Part shown: positions 6,730-10,786 of the stretch, one piece after another
Numbering within the stretch: position 1 is the stretch's first letter
Layout: the number at the start of each line of letters is the position of its first letter
Origin: Candidatus Electronema aureum
Lineage (GTDB): Bacteria; Desulfobacterota; Desulfobulbia; Desulfobulbales; Desulfobulbaceae
Direction of reading: 5' to 3'
Length of the DNA stretch: 10,786 nucleotides
NCBI GenBank assembly: GCA_004284765.1
Contig: NQJD01000056.1
Coordinates: 1 to 10,786, forward strand
Notes under the pieces: model-generated
Told to the model about the DNA's origin: nothing
Seen by the model: only the letters and a program-made list of their open reading frames with translations
Database searches by the model: none
Position numbers and translations under genes: made by a program

Positions 6730-8286
6730 ATGTTCAAACTCAGCTTGCGCAACCGATTTATCCTCTACTTTTCTCCGCTGATTGCGGTAATTTTTTTTCT
6801 TGGCATTTTCTGTATCTGGATATTCTCAAGCATCCATAGTCAATTTCATAACCTCAAAAACGACATGGCTCTTAATGCAATGGCGATGTTTGAGCTAAAA
6901 AAATTGCTGCTTTCCTTGGAGGAAGGACTGCGAGCAAAGCAAATCGACAGGAATAGGATTACCGTCGAGGCCGCGCAGCTGAAGGAACTGATCATTACTC
7001 ATGCAGCTCGGCACACGCATCAGCGAACCGATCCAGCAGGTCGGGCTGCTCACGAGATGCTGCATCACGGTATTTTGGCGATGACCCTATCCAAGTATAT
7101 TCTCAACGAATCAGCAGCGGGCTGGCCAGAGGCTGAATTTACTCAACTTGCCGTGGTTGTTCAAAATGAGCTGGACAAAATGGAGTCGGTTATTGACGAG
7201 CATCTCCAGTTACATCTCCAAGAACTGACTAAAACTGAAGCCTTTGTTACTGAAAAATATCAGCATACTTTACTGGTGGTTGGTCTAACCAGTGCAGCAG
7301 CGGTGCTGCTGGCCGTGACGGTTTTCATTTTGATGATGCGCTCAGTTTTGGGGCCGGTGAAGAAGCTCCAAGAAGGCACCAAACAGATCGGTGCAGGCAA
7401 TCTCAGTCATCGTCCGCAAATCAGCTCTGGCGATGAATTTGAGTTTTTGGCCGTGGAATTCGGTAAGATGGCCGAGGAACTGGCCCGCTACCATGAGGAT
7501 TTGGAACTCAAGGTGCAGGAGCGAACTCAGGAGCTGGTCTGCGCTAACGCCGAGCTGCGCAAGGCTGAGGAGCAGGTGCATCAGCTTTCACAGGAGCTAC
7601 TGACTGTGCAGGAACGAGAGCGGCAGCAGATTGCCTTGTATTTGCACGACAACGTAGCCCAAGAATTGTCCTCGCTCAAAGTTACGGGTGAAGAGTTGTT
7701 TAGCGAGGCTGTCGGCGAGCAGACACAGGCCCGGCATGACTGGGGGAGGCAGCTCGACCGCTGCATCAGGACGGTGCGCGAGCTGTCCTACAACCTGCGT
7801 CCTCCCGGTTTGGAGCAAATCGGTTTAGCCAGCGCGATCTCAGACTGCTGCCGCGATTTTACTCGCAAGACCGGTATTCCGGTGAAATTTACTAAGGCGG
7901 GCGCGGACAATTTGCAGCTTAACTTTGAATATGCTATTAATATCTACCGATTGGTGCAAGAATCCCTCAATAACATCAGGAAACACGCTGATGCGCAGCG
8001 GGTGGAAATCCGATTGATTGCCTCTTGGCCGAACATCATTCTTCGCATTGAGGATAATGGCTGCGGTTTTTTACTGGAGGAAGCCTATCAACGGGCCAGG
8101 CAGGAAAAACGGTTTGGCTTGCTGGGGATGGAGGAGCGGGTTAGGATGATGAAAGGCACGTTCCGCATTCAATCCACACTGGAGGAAGGTACCAAGATAT
8201 ATATTGAATTTCCCGGCCTGATCAAAGCTCCGGTAGAACAGGAGGAGCTTGAGGAGCAGGCTGAACCAGAGACAGAGGCAGTGTAA
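6730..8286 (+). CDS. Membrane sensor histidine kinase, HAMP + HisKA_3 + HATPase_c (NarX/NarQ/DegS architecture class)
   Basis: 518 aa. TM1 spans about res 10-34, followed by a periplasmic segment of about 145 aa. TM2 is LLVVGLTSAAAVLLAVTVFILMM. The HAMP domain includes GPVKKLQEGTKQIGAGNLSHRP...DEFEFLAVEFGKMAEEL, followed by a coiled-coil linker. The HisKA_3 H-box is ERERQQIALYLHDNVAQEL, with His306 at nt 7645-7647. N-box NNIRKHA, G1 EDNGCGF and G2 GLLGMEERV are present. The C-terminal tail is acidic. No SD precedes the ATG. Confidence 0.9.
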   Translation: MFKLSLRNRFILYFSPLIAVIFFLGIFCIWIFSSIHSQFHNLKNDMALNAMAMFELKKLLLSLEEGLRAKQIDRNRITVEAAQLKELIITHAARHTHQRTDPAGRAAHEMLHHGILAMTLSKYILNESAAGWPEAEFTQLAVVVQNELDKMESVIDEHLQLHLQELTKTEAFVTEKYQHTLLVVGLTSAAAVLLAVTVFILMMRSVLGPVKKLQEGTKQIGAGNLSHRPQISSGDEFEFLAVEFGKMAEELARYHEDLELKVQERTQELVCANAELRKAEEQVHQLSQELLTVQERERQQIALYLHDNVAQELSSLKVTGEELFSEAVGEQTQARHDWGRQLDRCIRTVRELSYNLRPPGLEQIGLASAISDCCRDFTRKTGIPVKFTKAGADNLQLNFEYAINIYRLVQESLNNIRKHADAQRVEIRLIASWPNIILRIEDNGCGFLLEEAYQRARQEKRFGLLGMEERVRMMKGTFRIQSTLEEGTKIYIEFPGLIKAPVEQEELEEQAEPETEAV

Positions 8287-8951
8287 TGACAGGCAAGAAA
8301 AAAATAGTCATCATCGATGATCACGACACGTTCCGGGCCAGCCTCCGGCAGATTGTCAGTCGGCTACCGGATTTTGAAATTGTCGGAGAAGCGGCGGATT
8401 CGCGGCAAGGCGAGGAGCAAGTGCGCCGATACAGGCCGGATGTAGCGATAATCGATCTTTCTTTACCTGACCGCAGCGGCATTCAGCTTACTCGAACGCT
8501 AAAGACCGCTCTCCCAGAAACCCGGATCGTTATTGTCAGTATGCACTCGAAGATTGACTACATCCTCGGTGCGCTTCGGGCTGGGGCCACGGGCTACCTG
8601 ATCAAGGAATCGGTTTCTCGTTGCCTGCACGACGCGCTCGATGCCGCGCTTCGAGAGGAATACTACTTAGATGCAGCTCTTTCACCCGAAATTGTAGCCC
8701 GGCTTTTAGATACCGCTGAAGTGCTGGATATTTCTGAAGCCACTTACGGTAATCTGACTACACGAGAGCAGGAAATCCTCCGTTGTCTCGCTCACGGTGA
8801 TTCGGTCAAAGACCTTGCCGAACGGCTCTGTATTAGTGCCAAGACCGTGACCAACCACCGTGCCAACATCCTCAGTAAGCTCGACCTGCACAGCACCGCT
8901 GATTTGGTTCGCTATGCGGCCAAGCTCGGCCTGTTGGAGGATATTGACTGA
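8286..8951 (+). CDS. Response regulator, REC + LuxR/GerE-type HTH (NarL/FixJ family)
   Basis: 221 aa. The receiver has the DD pair (IIDDHD), the phospho-acceptor Asp57 in VAIIDLSLPD, and a conserved K in GYLIKES. The C-terminal HTH is LTTREQEILRCLAHGDSVKDLAERLCISAKTVTNHRANILSKL. Its start overlaps the kinase stop (TAATG, 8284-8288), and AGAGG lies 7 nt upstream. Confidence 0.9.
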   Translation: MTGKKKIVIIDDHDTFRASLRQIVSRLPDFEIVGEAADSRQGEEQVRRYRPDVAIIDLSLPDRSGIQLTRTLKTALPETRIVIVSMHSKIDYILGALRAGATGYLIKESVSRCLHDALDAALREEYYLDAALSPEIVARLLDTAEVLDISEATYGNLTTREQEILRCLAHGDSVKDLAERLCISAKTVTNHRANILSKLDLHSTADLVRYAAKLGLLEDID

Positions 8952-9011
8952 ACAAAATTCGGCTTTCCCTTTTTAGGGTATTGCCCGAACCATAGGTGGA
9001 ATGCCCAGAAA

Positions 9012-9031
9012 AATGAGGCGATCACCTCATT
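9012..9031 (-). terminator. Weak terminator-like hairpin, U-run on the - strand
   Basis: AATGAGG (9012-9018) pairs with CCTCATT (9025-9031) around a 6-nt loop. On the - strand the stem runs into T5 (complement of A 9009-9013). The stem is short and only moderately GC-rich. Confidence 0.3.
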
Positions 9032-9233
9032 GTACAGGAGGCCAAAATATGGTTTTCTGTTCATTGAGCAAGGAACCCTCTTGAAGCTGGTCAGTTTCTC
9101 TCTGCTGACCCGGCACGTCTGTTCAAGAACGTGTCGCCCCCTGTTTCAATCTGGGCCGTGCTTGCTCTGTGCCAATAAAAAAGGACACGTTCATCCATTT
9201 CCTTCGAGTCAGCTCCGAACACATGGAAGAACC

Positions 9234-9268
9234 AAAAAAATCCTGTGCCGCTCTTGAGCGGTACAGGA
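9234..9268 (-). terminator. Rho-independent terminator of the PilJ-type periplasmic protein gene
   Basis: On the - strand, TCCTGTACCGCTC and GAGCGGCACAGGA (complement of 9241-9268) form a 13-position stem with one A-C mismatch and a very short apex. T7 follows immediately (complement of A7, 9234-9240). It lies about 130 nt downstream of the stop at 9399. Confidence 0.7.
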
Positions 9269-9398
9269 AGTCCGTACAATGCTGGAAAAAGTTTCAAAGC
9301 TCTCCTCGGCGGCAGTCGCGATTTCTCCTCTCTCCTTGATTCGCGATTGCCGTTTTTCTTTTCTCTCTGTAATCGAAATGATACAGGAGAAATGTCCC

Positions 9399-10190
9399 TT
9401 ACTTCTTGGCTGCTGTTGCAACTTCCACATACAGAGCAGTTACTTCATCTGCAAGCTGCGTAATGTCATCTGTGCTTGTCAGCACGAGAGAAGGATTGCC
9501 TTTTTCACGAATTTTGAGAAAATAGGACGAAACTTTTTCCCAAAGATTCTGCATCTTCGTCAGAAGCAGAGTAATCCGCTCGGTGTTCCGCTTTTCAGCT
9601 TGGAGCGATTTCAGCGCGGCATTAAACTCTGACACGGATGTTTCTAATTGATGAGCAAAATTCTCATCCTGAAATCCAGCTTGATAGGCAATGTAATATT
9701 TGGCAATCCGCTGCGATAACATCCGCTGCCGACCAGAAATATTAATGATGTTGTCGATCTTTGCCCCTGACAACTCTTCCAGCTTCAGCAACGCATTGTG
9801 ACAAGCCTCCAGAAGTTGCTCGCTTAACTCCAGAACTGAAGCGGAATTTTCTTTTTTGTACGGCTGGGTCACCAAGGCTTTGTAGCTTGCAAAGATACCC
9901 TCAACCGAGGCAAGTAGCTCGCGCATCGCGCCATCATTCACTTTTTTCAGGGCAACATGATTGTATTCAAATCGGGTCAGTGCGATCTTCAACTGATGGC
10001 TGGCTTCCTGCTTGGCAATTCCTTGGCCGTTATATAAATAGGCTTTGGCAATCCGCTGTGAGAGCATTCGCTGCATTCCAGCTCTGTTCATCAGATCAGA
10101 ATAATTCTCAGCCGCCTGTAGAGGCGATACCAGAAAAGCCACAAAAAAAGCTGCCAGAAGAACGGCCATTCGCAACGTTATAGCGTACAT
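9399..10190 (-). CDS. Secreted/periplasmic protein with two tandem PilJ-N/NarX P-box-type four-helix-bundle sensor repeats
   Basis: I start this CDS at ATG 10190 (263 aa), because AGGAG lies 5 nt upstream (complement of 10196-10200) and the product then opens with a signal peptide, MYAITLRMAVLLAAFFVAFLVSPLQA|AENY. Two repeats of about 115 aa each begin with AGMQRMLSQRIAKAYLY and SGRQRMLSQRIAKYYIAY. That motif characterises PilJ N-terminal and NarX-type periplasmic domains. There is no further TM segment and no output domain. Confidence 0.8.
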   Translation of the reverse strand: MYAITLRMAVLLAAFFVAFLVSPLQAAENYSDLMNRAGMQRMLSQRIAKAYLYNGQGIAKQEASHQLKIALTRFEYNHVALKKVNDGAMRELLASVEGIFASYKALVTQPYKKENSASVLELSEQLLEACHNALLKLEELSGAKIDNIINISGRQRMLSQRIAKYYIAYQAGFQDENFAHQLETSVSEFNAALKSLQAEKRNTERITLLLTKMQNLWEKVSSYFLKIREKGNPSLVLTSTDDITQLADEVTALYVEVATAAKK

Positions 10191-10377
10191 AATATCTCCT
10201 GCAAAAAATTGATCTGAAATTTTACTCACTACGTGAAATCGCAAATAAATTAAATCACAAATAGAAGATATTAGCAAGATAGACTCTGGTAAATTTTTGT
10301 CGCTCGGCAACAGGAAGGAGATTTTTCATCATTGCTACCAGAGCAGCCTGCGTTCTCTTCATCTTTCTTTTGTTCAA

Positions 10378-10467
10378 TAGACCTGTTGCATAAGTCAGAA
10401 TCCACGTCATACTTTGTATATGAGATACGAAACAGTGCATATAGATTTTACTTATGCAAGAGGTCTA
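10378..10467. repeat. Imperfect palindrome of about 90 bp just beyond the IS1-family transposase stop
   Basis: TAGACCTGTTGCATAAGT (10378-10395) matches the reverse complement of ACTTATGCAAGAGGTCTA (10450-10467) at 17 of 18 positions. The spacer is 54 bp. Weaker similarity continues a few bases into the spacer if one indel is allowed. T5 follows the right arm on the + strand. Confidence 0.5.
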
Positions 10468-10786
10468 ATTTTTCGGTAATAGAGATCTGTGAGTGATCAA
10501 TGAAATAAAATACAATCGTTGTAGTGATTAATAAATCTCCAAACAGATGCAGTTAAGTTCTCAATGCTTCTCGAAAACGACAATGTCTTCCTGACTAATG
10601 CCGACACTCTCTGCCTGAATGTTAAATTAATCCTTTCGATATGACTTGTTTTTCCGCTCCCTTTACTGACAACGCTGTGTCTTTCCGCAGGAAATACTTT
10701 TCCGTAAGAGGCCAAGCCGTCTGTGAAAAATATTCCGTTCTTTTTGCAGTCTTCAGAAAGTGACTTCCACAGGGCAGCAGCTCCGG
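10450..10786 (-). mobile_element. Partial IS1-family insertion sequence (one end only; exact terminus not determinable)
   Basis: The transposase tail is followed by very AT-rich sequence; line 10501-10560 is about 28 percent GC by hand count. The inverted-repeat arm at 10450-10467 is a plausible terminal-repeat region. The other IS end is outside the window, so this boundary is a guess. Confidence 0.45.
10497..10786 (-). CDS. IS1-family transposase, C-terminal part (5' end lies beyond the window)
   Basis: The reading frame stays open from the window edge with no stop: ...GAAALWKSLSEDCKKNGIFFTDGLASYGKVFPAERHSVVSKGSGKTSHIERINLTFRQRVSALVRKTLSFSRSIENL...HYN. This matches the InsB-type pattern TDGxxxY...H...(S/T)xxIERxNLxxRQ...RKTLSFSKS. 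The TTG start at 10715 in the ORF track is therefore an artefact of truncation. Confidence 0.8.
   Translation of the reverse strand, partial: GAAALWKSLSEDCKKNGIFFTDGLASYGKVFPAERHSVVSKGSGKTSHIERINLTFRQRVSALVRKTLSFSRSIENLTASVWRFINHYNDCILFH

Noticed and set aside
3048-7818. Short ORFs embedded in the pot genes and the kinase (for example 3048-3233 -, 3413-3622 +, 4387-4710 -, 4983-5192 +, 5130-5450 -, 6497-6694 -, 6549-6839 +, 7342-7581 -, 7391-7603 +, 7581-7766 -, 7597-7818 -).
   Set aside because: Each lies inside or antisense to a CDS with unambiguous family motifs. None has its own start context or motifs.
9030-9632. ORFs 9030-9257 (+), 9091-9297 (-), 9209-9430 (-), 9245-9463 (+) and 9279-9632 (+) in the intergenic gap.
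   Set aside because: Several rely on TTG or GTG starts. They read straight through the terminator hairpin or run antisense into the PilJ-type gene, and their translations are compositionally odd with no domain motifs.
10191-10310. A 40-codon N-terminal extension of the PilJ-type ORF (303-aa version starting at 10310).
   Set aside because: The extension (MPSDKNLPESILLISSICDLIYLRFHVV...) precedes a textbook signal peptide. The internal ATG at 10190 has AGGAG 5 nt upstream, whereas the 10310 start has no comparable signal.
10255-10440. A 61-aa - strand ORF between the PilJ-type gene and the IS.
   Set aside because: It has no SD and no recognisable motif. It overlaps the left palindrome arm and the likely promoter region of the PilJ-type gene, and the sequence is AT-rich, where such ORFs arise by chance.

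Overview
This looks like a chromosomal window from a diderm-type bacterium with mosaic base composition. All family calls come from motifs read by eye in the supplied translations; no alignments or folding calculations were run.

Left to right:
- A candidate terminator for a gene lying upstream of the window (77-105).
- A formylglycine-generating-enzyme (FGE/SUMF1)-family gene split by a +1 frameshift (151-928, +).
- A convergent, markedly GC-richer ArsB/NhaD-superfamily membrane transporter (1070-2485, -).
- A 293-bp divergent control region. Its near-consensus sigma70 promoter (TTGACT-N16-TATAAT) sits inside an 11-bp perfect palindrome.
- A complete potABCD-type polyamine ABC importer operon (2779-6643, +), closed by a strong intrinsic terminator.
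- A HAMP/HisKA_3 (NarX-type) sensor kinase and a NarL/LuxR-type response regulator joined by a TAATG overlap (6730-8951, +).
- A 447-bp hairpin-rich non-coding gap.
- A convergent secreted protein made of two PilJ/NarX P-box-type repeats (9399-10190, -).
- A roughly 90-bp imperfect palindrome.
- The 3' part of an IS1-family transposase that runs off the right edge (10497-10786, -).

I saw no rRNA, tRNA or CRISPR array.

The most interesting hypothesis is a split-sensor, three-component signalling module. The kinase appears to lack the ligand-binding P-box, while the neighbouring free periplasmic protein carries it twice.

Secondary points:
- the palindromic operator-like site on the pot promoter
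- the frameshifted FGE gene
- the GC-rich transporter island
- the structured intergenic region with a mini-ORF behind a consensus Shine-Dalgarno (SD) sequence
- the palindrome next to the IS end
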